Assembly (NCBI GenBank): GCA_038087875.1 | Contig: JAXLNO010005534.1 | Location: forward strand, 1 to 64,000 | Direction of reading: 5' to 3' | DNA from: Malacoraja senta | Lineage: Eukaryota | DNA: 64,000 bases | In this document: piece after piece, positions 12,191 through 23,816 of the stretch | Numbering within the stretch: the first letter of the stretch is position 1 | Layout of the letters: each line of letters opens with the position of its first letter | Made by a program: the position numbers and the translations under genes | The notes under the pieces: model-generated | Seen by the model: the letters and a program-made list of their open reading frames with translations, nothing else | What the model was told of the DNA's origin: nothing | Databases searched by the model: none

Positions 12191-13609
12191 AATGTGTAGG
12201 AAGGAACTGCAGATGCCAGTTTACACGGGAGACAGACACAAAATGCTGGAGTAACTCACAGGCAGCATCTTTGGAGAGAAGGAATGGGTGAAATTGTGGG
12301 TCGAGACCCTACTTCAGACCAAGATGTGTTCAGATCCAATAGACTACTTTTAAATTCTGTGCATTCACATTTCCATCCAAATCCCACTGACTCACATTTC
12401 AGTCAACATCTCCATTCTCATTGACATGCGATTTACACATAGGCCAGGATGATTTTTCCCCAAAGGATCTCAACCCAAAACATCACCTATTCCTTCCATC
12501 CAGAGCTGCTGCCTGTGTCTCTGAGTTACTACAACATTTTGTGTCTATCTTCGGCTTAAACCAGCATCTGCAGTTCCTTTGTTTACATTAAGAATGTTTT
12601 GGACTTGTTTAGCATGGTTTGAACTCATTGTTTGAAAGCAGAATTCATTAACATTGTCCAATAGGGAGAGTGAGTATTTCTTGAAGTAAATGCCACAATT
12701 TGTTTGCTTTTCCTCGTGAAAGACTGTGTTTGGTATTGGGTTTCCTGAATTCAACTGTAATCAATATCAGACTGACAGTCAAAAAGCCTTGATCTCACCA
12801 TTAACTATGGAGTAGCATGCAGTCTAGTTCAGGCTAGGCTGTGATGTCTCCCGGTAAATGGAAATAGCTCTCAAACATACCATGTGCAAACTGATCCTCA
12901 AAGTTCGGTCGTGTGAGAAAGGTATTGTAGAGAGTGTGTCTACTTACAGCTAAAGCAGAACAAGAGGTCAGTGCACTTGTATCAGAGAAATTGATTAAAA
13001 CATTTTTAAATAACCTACAGAGAATGCCATCTTGTAACAAAAGGCCTGTTATCAATAGATTATGAGAGGTGGCTGTCGATTGAATTGAATTGAATACTTT
13101 ATTGTCACATGAGACAAGTCTCAGTGACATTCTTTGCCTGCACACACAAGGTATGGAAATAGTTGCCCATAAAGGGCGCTTACAAAGTTACAAATTCCCG
13201 TCCCCCACACCGGGTCCTCCTTTGTTCCTTCCCTCAGCAGCGGCGTCCTCAATTCCATGAGTCCGTTCTCGTCCATCAGTCGGCGCCATCATCGACCGCC
13301 ACACTGGCCTTTTCATTAGCGCTGCCGGGTCCTCTCCGGACGCCTTCGTGGCACTGGCCCAGGCCCCAGCTGCGGGCTCCATTCACTCAGGCAAGAAGTA
13401 ACTGAGTTATGTGCAAAGCTATTTTTTTTTTCATATCTCCATTCTCAGTCAGAGAGCCATGGGTCAATATCCCACCAAAGAAACATCAGTGGAATCTAGT
13501 GCTATACAGGGCGTTCTGCAGAGTTTGTGATGCAATTTTACTACCACATGTTAAACCAAAATACTACCAGGCCGGCACAATGGCACAACTGGCAGAGCTT
13601 CTCCCTCAG

Positions 13610-14160
13610 TGCTAGAGAATATTGTGAGCAATTTTGGGCACTATATCTGAGAAAGGATGTGCTGGCTCTGGAGAGGGTCCAGAGGAGGTTTACAACAATG
13701 ATCCCAGAAATGAGTAGGTTAACCTATCATGAACATTTGTTAGCACTGGGCCTGTACTCTTTGGAGTTTAGAAGAATGAGGGGAGACCTCGTCAAAACCT
13801 ACAGAATAGTGAATGGTTTGGATAGAGTGGATGTGGAGAGGATGTATCCACTAGTGAGAGAGTCTAGGACTGGAGGTCATAGCCTCAGAATTAAAGGACG
13901 TTCTTTTAGGAAGATGAGGAGAAATTTCTTAAGGCAGAGGGTGGCAAATCCATGGAATTCGTTGCCACATAAGGCTGTGGAAGCCGTCAGTGGATATTTT
14001 AAAGTTGAAGATAGATAGATTCTTGATTGGTACAAGTGTCCGAGGTTACGGGGAGAAGACATGAGAATGGGGTGAGGAGGGAGAGATAGATCAGTAATGA
14101 TTGAATGGTGGAGTGGACTAGATGGGCCGAATGGCCTAATTCTACACCCATCCCTTATGA
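13610..14160 (+). mobile_element. CR1 LINE 3' fragment
   Basis: EYCEQFWALYLRKDVLALERVQRRFT...RGDL...RVANPWNSLP. Confidence 0.8.
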
Positions 14161-16773
14161 CCTGGCCTTGATCCTGCCCGCAAGTACTGTCCGTGTGGAG
14201 TTTGCACCTTCCCCCTGTGACTGCGCTGGCTACCTCCAGGTGCACCAGCTTCCTCGTACACCACATGCTGGCTTGTTGCTTAGTCGGCCTCCGTGAAGTC
14301 AAAATGTGATGCATAAATGTGATAACACTGAACTGGTGTGAACGGATGGTCAATGACTGGTGTGGATCCGGTGGGCTGAATGGCCTGATATATATTTCAG
14401 CCCTCTAAAAAATAATCCCAAAACGTTATTTAAGGAATACAGGTTAATCCCAGAATCCTCATTGATATTTATCTTGCAGTTGATACCACCGAAGAACACA
14501 GATCATCTGTCGCTCATCACATTTCCCTTTGAATGAAATTTGAAAGCAGTGTTTGAGAGTGTCAGCTGTGAGGACAGGTTGGACAAACTTAGATCATTTG
14601 CTCTTGTGGAGTTGGAATATGAGGGGGGTGGGGGACACCTGATGGAAGTATATATAATTATGAGAGACACAGAGTAGAGAGGAGTAAATCTTAAATGATT
14701 TTTTACACAGAGAGTGGTGGGTGCTTGGAGCGTGCTGTCAGAGGAAGTAGTGGAAACAGATATGATAGCAATGTTTAAAGGCATTTAAACAGGCATGTAT
14801 GTGGTACTGCTCTATGTTTTATGTTAACTAATAAATTGATTTTGTCTGTCGCGCCACACAGTGGCTCTTTTATTTTTAATTTTGATTATTATCTTTTTTA
14901 TCCATTTATACTCTGTTTATGGGCCTGTTAGGCTGCTGCATGTAATATTGTAATTGTTCTGTTGTTGGAACATTTAATTAGACATTTCATTAAAGAAGCT
15001 TAACTCTCTTGTCTCTCTTGGGTCGTGACATGTGAACAGAGAGGAAATGAAGGGGTGTGTGGAAAGGAACAGCAGATGCTGGTTTAAACCAAAGGTAGAC
15101 ACAAAAATCTTGAGTAACTCAGCGGGAAAGGCAGCATCTCAGGAGAGAAGGACTGGGTGATGTTTTGGGTCGATGCCCTTCTTCAGTCTGGATAGACCAT
15201 GTGCAGGAAGATGGGATTAGTTTGTAAAGGCAACATAGCCAGCACAGACATTGTGATGCTAGGGCTTATCCCTGTGTCATCCTGCTCAATGTTCTTTGTT
15301 TATTCATTCAATAGTGTTTACATTTCAAGAAATACTCAGTGGTTCTAAATGTTTTTGAAATGTTGTGAAAGGTTTTGCAAGAATGAATCTATATATTTTA
15401 CTTTTTTCTCCGTTTTTCATATTCTGATTTACATTGTAAAGAATCTCATTGCGTATGCACACAGAAACCAACCAAACAGTATCATACTTCAAGGCCAGAG
15501 TTTATGTTGCACTTGAACCTGCAAACACCCTTGTTGGTATAACTTTATCAGTGTAACCATCTGTTGGCTTGTTACTTATTTGTTTATCGAAGCAGCTTGC
15601 TGTTAAATAAAGGTGTTATATTTACCACAGCTTCTCACTATGTAGCAGATCCCCCCCTTGTCAAACCTTTCCCAGAGTTTCCCTTCTTTATCTCTGTTTG
15701 CTTTGTTGCTACATTTTCCTTGATCTCCATTCCCTTTGTCCTGTTTTCACATCTCACACATCCTTATCTATACACTTCCTTATCTATCGACCTCCCATTT
15801 TCCTGACATCAGTCTGAAGAAGGGTCTCGACCCAAAATGTCACCCATTCCTTCTCTTCAGAGATGCTGCCTGTCCCGACGAGTTACTCCAGCATTTTGTG
15901 TCTATGTTCTGATTGGATCTCTTGTTGTTTCCTTGCATTCTTATTTTGATTTTGTTTATCCATGTGTCATTAAAGTTGTTGGCCTTGCTTGTACTGGATC
16001 CCACCCCTGGCCCAAGACAAGCAACAAGACACAATGACATAAAAGTTAACATAAACATCCACCACGGCAGATTCCCACATTCCTCGCTGTGATGGAAGGC
16101 AATAAAGTCCAATCTTCTTTCTTTTTTTCTCCCGCGGTCGGGGCAGTAGAACCATTGTCGGGGTGATCGAAGCTCCTGCAGCGGGCGGTTGAAGCACCTG
16201 TGTCAGGGCGATTGAAGCTCCTGTGTTCGGGTGGTCAAAGCACCTGCGGCTTGGAGCTCCCGAGGTCGGACTCTGACCAGAGACCGCGAGCTCCATGATG
16301 TTAAGTCCGCAAGCACCCACGGTTGGAGTTCCGAGGTCGATCCCTGGCAAAGGGATCGTGAGCTGCGTGATGGTAACTCCGCAGGCTCCCGTGGTCGAGC
16401 TGTCAAAAGTCGGTCTCCACCAAAGGCCGCCAACTCCTGGATGTTAGGCTGCAGTGCGGACCGAGATACGATACAGAAAAAAATCGCATCTCCGTTGAGG
16501 TAAGATATTAGAAAAAGTTTCCCCCAACCCCACACCACCCCTCCCCACGTAAAACAAGCTAAAGAACACTTAAAACATAATTTAATAAAGGGATTGACAA
16601 CCTTGTTCTGCATAGGAGCCAGGACCCATGTCTGTGAGTGGATGGAGGGCCACATCTGTCACCATAGTTAATAATTAATCAATTATAGTTTTAAAAATCG
16701 CAACAAAAAGACAATTACCCCTGCGACAAATACGACTAAAGTGCAACACTGTGGCTGGAGCGGAATTACTCAC

Positions 16774-16980
16774 CGACCTCGCTGATGCTTTGTTTTCCTC
16801 CAGCCCGTCCGCCGCTGGGCTCCCGAAGAAACCGCTCCAGCACAGCCTTGTCGAAGCCGCTCTCATCCCGCTGCAGTTTCACACAAGCCGCAGCACCGAG
16901 GTGGGGGGGGCGCTTTCACTCCGGGTGGTCGGGAGGATGGAAGACGGGGTGGGAGGGTAGGGACGGAGAGAGAGAGTGTG
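16774..16980 (-). promoter_or_regulatory. CpG-rich promoter / first exon of a minus-strand gene extending to the left
   Basis: Local CpG enrichment at 16740-17130 and a strong donor GTCG|GTGAGT (last exonic base 16774). An ATG at 16866 gives 31 codons in phase 0. Downstream exons were not identified. Confidence 0.45.
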
Positions 16981-17744
16981 TCGGCAGGTGTTGTGATATG
17001 GAATTGGCTGTGTGTGTGTGTGTGTGTGAGAACTACTCTCGGGTAAGTGTTGTGTGTGTTTTGTGTTACGCCTGCGTGCCGGATGATTTCGGGTTACAGG
17101 CCGGATCCGGCCCGTGGGCCGTAGGTTGCAAACCCGTGATTTAACACATACTATTAAAACACAAAGAAGGAAGGGACAGACAGACTGTTGGAGAGGCAGC
17201 CATTGCTGGTGCCACCCAGTGGTTGGGTTGGTTAGTTAGTTTGCAGGCGCCACCAACATTGATGGAGTTGCGAACAGTGAAGAAGGCTGTAGTGTACAAT
17301 GGGAAATACATCAGATACAGAAATGGGCAGTAAATTGCAAATGGAGTTCATTTTGAGCAAGTATGTTACACTTTGAGTGGTCGAATGTAAAGGAAAAGTA
17401 TACAGTTATTGGCAAGACCCTTAACAGCATTAATCTACAGAGAGATCTTGGGGTTGAATCTTGGGTTTCTAGCGACAGGAAGTCATAATACAGTATTATA
17501 GGGCTGGGTAGTCCACATTTGGAGTATTATGTGCAGTTTTTGTTGACCCATTACATTAAGGATGTACAGGCATTGGAAAGGGTGTAGAGGTTTACAAGAA
17601 TGATGCCTTGACTAGGGTGTGTTGGCTACATGAAACATATGGACAGATATGGATTGCTTCCGCTAGAATGCCGGAGTTTGATGGGACACCTGATAGAAGT
17701 ACATAAAACTATGAGAGGTATAGATAGGATAGATAGTCAGAACA

Positions 17745-18070
17745 GGGGCAGTCACTGTGGCGCAGCGGTAGAGTTGCTGCTTTACAACGCTTGCAGCGTG
17801 GGAGACCCAGGTTCGATCCCGACCACGGATGCTGTATGTATGGAGTTTGTACATTCTCTCCGTGACAGCATGGGTTTCTCCGAGATCTTCGGTTTCCTCC
17901 CACACTCCAAAGATGTACAGGTATGTAGATTAATTGGCTTGGTGTATGTGTAAATTGTCCCTAGTGTGTGTAGGGTAGTGCTAATGCCCAGGGATCACTA
18001 GTCGGTGCGGACTCGGTGGGCCGAAGGGCCTGTTTCCGCGCTGTATCCCTAAACTAAAATAAACTAAACT
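17745..18070 (+). mobile_element. tRNA-derived V-SINE (HE1-like)
   Basis: A box TGGCGCAGCGG, B box GGTTCGATCC, central conserved domain, 3' GGGCCGAAGGGCCTGTTTCC and (TAAAC)n tail. Confidence 0.85.
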
Positions 18071-19085
18071 TAACATGGATGGAAACATTGAATACAAGAG
18101 GGCATAGCTTTAAGATGAGAGTTTAAAGGAAATGTGCAGGGCATGTTTTTTCACAGACAGTGATGAATGCCTTGATGACACTGTCTGAGGTGTGTTTGAT
18201 GCTGCACGTAAATATATTGTCTTGCCTTCAGAGGTGTTGGGTCAAAATCTTGCAAACCCCTCCAAAAAGTTTGTAACAGTCAGGTTTCTGCCTCATCTCA
18301 GTCCTTGCGAGGAATCTCACACCTAAGCAATAAATTCAGGGTCACCCAGATTGCAAACACTGATGGAAACAAGCCAATTGCCATTTGGTGTAACATTAAA
18401 CTCACAGTTAAATATTAACAGAAAATAAATATATCATTACCTCAATAAAGTTGATGTTTCACGCTGAATGGGGTGTTGGAATTAGATGGCTCGGGAGTGG
18501 AATTTAGTTTTGTCTAAATATTTAATGTACCTAGTAAATACACTTAAGATATCAGCAATCAAGTAATTATTATGTGTTTTCACAATCACCACAATAGATC
18601 AGTACAGCACAGGACAGGCCCTTTGGCCCACAATGTCTGTGTTGAACATGATGCCAAGACCAACTCCTATCTGCCTGCACATAATATACCTCCATTCCCT
18701 GCACATCCTACAACAATAAGGACAGCATGGTGATGCAGCACTGGAGTTGCTGCCTTAAGTGCCACACAGCCGGGTTTGATCTTGACTATGGGTATGTAGG
18801 TTAATTGGGTTGGTATAAATGTAAACCTGTTCCAAGTGTGTGTAGGATAGTGTTAGTGTGCGGGAATTGGTGCGGACCCTGTTTCCACCCTGTATCTCTA
18901 AACTAAACTAAACTAAATGTGCTAACCAGTCAGTGGAAAGACAATACATGATTACAATCGAGCCATCCATACTGTACAGATATATGATAAAGGGAATAAC
19001 GTGAATAACATTTGGTGCAAGATAATGGCAGTAAAGTCCGATTAAAGATTGCCCGAGGATCTCCAATGCAGGAGACAGTAGTTCA

Positions 19086-20240
19086 AGAGATTAGGATACA
19101 AACTTAAATCACACGGTATTGGGGGTTCAGTATTGATGTGGATAGAGAACTGGCTGGCAAACAGGAAGCAAAGAGTAGGAGTAAACGGGTCCTTTTCACA
19201 ATGGCAGGCAGTGACTAGTGGGGTACCGCAAGGCTCAGTGCTGGGACCCCAGCTATTTACAATTTATATTAATGATCTGGACGAGGGAATTGAAAGCAAC
19301 ATCTCCAAGTTTGCGGATGACACTAAGCTGGGGGGCAGTGTTAGCTGTGAGGAGGATGCTAGGAGACTGCAAGGTGACTTGGATAGGCTGGGTGAGTGGG
19401 CAAATGTTTGGCAGATGCAGTATAATGTGGATAAATGTGAGGTTATCCACTTTGGTGGCAAAAACGGGAAGGCAGACTATTATCTAAATGGTGGCCGATT
19501 AGGAAATGGGGAGGTGCAGCGAGACCTGGGTGTCATGGTACACCAGTCATTGAAAGTAGGCATGCAGGTGCAGCAGGCAGTGAAGAAAGCGAATGGTATG
19601 TTGGCCTTCATAGCAAGAGGATTTGAGTATAGGAGCAGGGAGGTTCTACTGCAGTTGTACAGGGTCTTGGTGAGACCACACCTGGAGTATTGCGTACAGT
19701 TTTGGTCTCCAAATCTGAGGAAGGACATTATAGCCATAGAGGGAGTGCAGAGAAGGTTCACCAGACTGATTCCTGGGATGTCAGGACTTTCATATGAAGA
19801 AAGACTGGATAGACTTGGCTTATACTCGCTAGAATTTAGGAGATTGAGAGGGGATCTTATAGAAACGTACAAAATTCTTATGGGGTTGGACAGGCTAGAT
19901 GCAGGAAGATTGTTCCCGATGTTGGGGAAGTCCAGGACAAGGGGTCACAGCTTAAGGACAAGGGGGAATTCCTTTAAGACCGAGATGAGGAAAAACTTTT
20001 TCACACAGAGAGTGGTGAATCTCTGGAACTCTCTGCCACAGAGGGTAGTTGAGGCCAGTTCATTGGCTATATTTAATAGGGAGTTAGATGTGGCCCTTGT
20101 GGCTAAAGGGATCAGGGGGTATGGAGAGAAGGCAGGTACGGGATACTGAGTTGGATGATCAGCCATGATCATATTGAATGGCGGTGCAGGCTCGAAGGGC
20201 CGAATGGCCTACTCCTGCACCTATTTTCTATGTATCTATG
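19086..20240 (+). mobile_element. Young 5'-truncated CR1 LINE, same subfamily as 7817-10060
   Basis: The intact 338-aa ORF 19133-20149 differs from the corresponding part of the 699-aa ORF at 7 residues by my count. Same 3' UTR and tail. Confidence 0.92.
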
Positions 20241-22532
20241 TAAGACTGCACCCTGGTTGTAGGTAGGATGGTTTCAGTTGCCTGATAACAATTGGGAAGA
20301 GACTGCCCCTGAATGTGGAGGTGTGAGTTTTGACAATTGGTTATATGAAGAGTAAAGTTGTTGTTATTCCACTCTGATGAGCGTTTGACGGCACTAGGCC
20401 TCTACTCACTGGAGTTTAGAAGGATGAGGGGGGGACCTCATTGAAACTTACCGAATAGTGAAAGGCCTGGATAGAGTGGATGTTGAGAGGATGTTTCCAC
20501 TAGTGGGAGCATCTCAGCAGAGGGAAAAGCCTCACAATTAAAGTACACTCCTTTAGGAAGGAGATGAGGAGGAATTTCTTTATTCAGAAGGTGGTGAATC
20601 TGTGGAATTCTGCCACTGAAGGCTGTGGAGGCTGTCAATGGATATTTTTTTAAGGCAGAGATAGATAGATTCTTGAATAGTATGGGTGTCAGGGGTTATG
20701 GAGAGAAGGCAGGAAAATGGGGTTTGGAGGATAGGATAGATCAGCCATGAATGATGGGATGAATGGCCTAATTCTGTTCCTATCACTTATGATCTTATGA
20801 TTGAGTAAATAGCTGTCTGCAGTATTAACAATGACAAAACAAGTATATAGCATGCTAACGTCTTGGTAAAACTCATTCAAAAGTATTTTATTAAATGCTC
20901 ATAATTCAGAAATGACACTGGTGGATATACAATGAAATTCTCGGTCTGTTACACATAAAACACTTCCACAGCTATTACACCACAGCTTTGATAATGAGTA
21001 TTGTTCCCAGTGCTCTGTCAGGTCAACAAAACACAGCCCCCATACGTTACCATGTTCCATAAATATTCACTGGACATGGTACTGGGATGTTGTCTATGTG
21101 GAGTTTGCATGTTCTCCCTGTGAGCACGTGGGATTTCTCCCGGTGCTCCGGTTTCCTCGCACATCTCAATGATGTACAGGTTTGTAGGTGAGTTGGCCTT
21201 TGTAAAATTGCCCTAGTGTATGGAAAGCGGATGTGAAAGAGGGATAACATAGAACTGGTGTGCAGGATGGATGGTATCAACTCGATGAGCTGAAGGCTCT
21301 GCATCCATGCTGTATAACTCAACTAAACTAAGCAATATTATCTAAGCTGTGGTGTAGAGCGTGGTTCGTATTGAAAACAAAGATCCTTGTTGACTGGCCC
21401 ATCAAATACTTGAAGCACTGAGTAAAGCATTAAATGCAAAGGCAATTACTTCTCCACTACACCATCAGGTATGTGAACAAGGAATGCAGGTTACAGTATG
21501 TGACAAAGAGAAGTGGCAAAATAACTAGGAACGAACTGCAGATGCAGGTTTAACCCGAAGATAGGCTCAAAAAGCTGAAGTGACTCAGCGGGTCAAACAG
21601 CATTTCTGGAGTCTGAACAAGGGTCTCATCCCGAAATGTCACCTATGCCTTGTATCCAGAGATGCTGTCTGATCCGGTGAGTTTCTCCAACTTTTTGTGT
21701 CTATCTCTGGCAAGATATGTATATGATGTTTGAGAGGCTTTTAGATCGACAAACTGACCTGCAGGAAATAGAGGGATATGGATCATGTTGCAGTTGGATG
21801 GGATCAGTTTAGCATCTCATCATGTTCACCACAGACATTGTGGGCCAAAGGGCCTCTTCCTGAGATGAATATTTTTATGTTTTTTATAAAATAAGATTAG
21901 TAATCAGCTGTAAGCCCCCTTGAACAGACTGCATCATTCAATAACATTATGTCCAATCTGATTTTGATCAGTTTACTGCATTATTCCTGCTACCTTTGAT
22001 TAATTTCTGATCTAAAATTCTCTATATCTCAACCTGGAAAATATTCATTCACCTTGTCTTCACAGCTGGAATAGAATGTTCAGGCAAATCATACACCTCC
22101 TGGAAAATAAATCTTCTTCGTAACTATTTTAAAGAGGGACCCAACATGGGAGGACAGCCGAGAACAAAGATAACAAAGTGGGTCCCGGGGTTGGGGGGGG
22201 AGGGGGCGCAGATAACACAGGTGAACCCAACATGGAGGGGCTGCCGAGAACAAAGAGGGACCATTGGAGACTGTAATGATTACTTTGTAACTGTGTCGGC
22301 ACCCTATACATGGTGACTCTTTCTATACCTTGTGTATGTTATGCAAAGCAAAGAATCTCACTGTGACATGTCACATGTGATAATAAAGTATCAATCAGTC
22401 AAATAGGCGACCTCTTATTCCAAAATGTGGCACAATGTATGACTTTGGAATCACTGGGTAACTGGTGAAGACAGCAGTTGAAAAATTAATGGCTGAATGT
22501 AAAGCCACCAGTCAGCATTGATACAATAAAGA

Positions 22533-23010
22533 GCATAGAACATAGAACAGTACAGCACAAGAACAGTCCCTTTGACCCACAATGTTTGTGCCGAACATGA
22601 TGCCAAGACCAATTGTTATCTGCTTGCACATAATCCATATCCATTCATTCCCTGCATATACATGTGCCTATCTAAAAGTCTCTTAAATGCCACTATCATA
22701 TCTGCTTCCACCACCACCCCCGGCAGCACATTCCAGTCACTCGCCACCCTTGGCGTAAAACACTTGACCTGCACATCTTTTTTAAACTTTGCCACTCATT
22801 GTAAAGCTATACCTGCTCTTATTTGATATTTCCTTCCTGGGTAAAAAGTCTGATGGTCTACACTATCTGTACTCCTCCCAGTTTGATATATTACTGTCAG
22901 GTCTCCCCTCAATCCCCGACATTCCAGAGAAAACAATCCAAGTCTGTCCAACTTCTCCCTGTGGCTAATACCCCACTAATCCAGACATCATTCCGGTAGA
23001 CCTCCTCTGC
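22533..23010 (-). mobile_element. Old CR1 3' fragment overlapping the last codons and 3' UTR of the MHC-like gene
   Basis: The minus strand reads CAG AGG AGG TCT ACC GGA ATG ATG TCT GGA TTA (QRRSTGMMSGL, compare CR1 QRRFTRMIPG), then GACAGACTTGGATTGTTTTCTCTGGAA, and ends in a (GTTCTAT)n tail. Confidence 0.75.
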
Positions 23011-23217
23011 TTCCCAACGGAAGCTGGTTGTGCTTCATGGTCACTGCAGTCCTCTCCTGGTCTCTGCTGTTGTCAGCTGGTCCCTGTTCATTGAGAATTT
23101 TTCTCCTTTTCCTCTTCTTCCAGCAACCAATTCCAAGGATGATCCCCAGGAGAATAAGAGGAACGATTACAGCTCCAGTCACGATCCTAATCTTTATATC
23201 TTCTTTTGCTGCCCTCT
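22988..23217 (-). CDS. MHC class I-like gene: connecting peptide / transmembrane / cytoplasmic exon
   Basis: Acceptor ctgccaacag|AG in phase 1, matching the alpha3 donor. Translation (E)RAAKEDIKIRIVTGAVIVPLILLGIILGIGCWKKRKRRK...GLPE* gives a hydrophobic helix plus a basic stop-transfer segment. Linking it to alpha3 across a 9.2-kb intron is inference. Confidence 0.72.
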
Positions 23218-23452
23218 CTGTTGGCAGATATAGGGCATTTTAAACATTTATTGATCAATAACGACATTGTAATGATTTTATTTTTTTGAATTTAATCTTT
23301 TTATTTGAATTTCACGGCAATTAACATACATACAATAATAACAGACAGTAATAATCAAGGCATAATTGTACAACAGTATGTAAGCGATCCTCAAAACCTT
23401 TACCCATACTCACCTTCAACCCACCCAAGTCAGGTCGGAGCCAAACGGGGAC

Positions 23453-23534
23453 AAACAACACTCACATACGTACACATCCACACACAAATGGTAGAATAGG
23501 CGAAACAAAATGTGCTATATAAAAGAAATAAAAA

Positions 23535-23596
<62 letters not shown>

Positions 23597-23678
23597 TTTT
23601 TATTTCTTTTATATAGCACATTTTGTTTCGTCTATTCTACCATTTGTGTGTGGATGTGTACGTATGTGAGTGTTGTTT
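23453..23678. repeat. 226-bp near-perfect palindrome centred on a (TA)n tract in the L1 3' UTR
   Basis: The left arm AAACAACACTCACATACG...AAAAGAAATAAAAAATAAAT is mirrored on the right. One mismatch was seen (GGCG vs GACG). Confidence 0.9.
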
Positions 23679-23816
23679 ATATATAAATATATAAAATAAA
23701 ATGAAAATTTTAAAAAAAAGTATATATATATACATATATATCTAAATAAACAATTGTAGGGAGGGGGGATTAAGGGGAAAGCAGCTGCTGTAGAACAAAA
23801 CGATGATGGAGAACAC

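Noticed and set aside
15970-16655. Cluster of GC-rich ORFs with repeated GAAGCTCC/GAGCTCC motifs
   Set aside because: It looks like the internal repetitive region of an interspersed repeat, and no protein motif was recognised.
17745-17830. tRNA genes at the SINE heads
   Set aside because: A and B boxes are present, but there is no complete cloverleaf and each continues into the SINE body.
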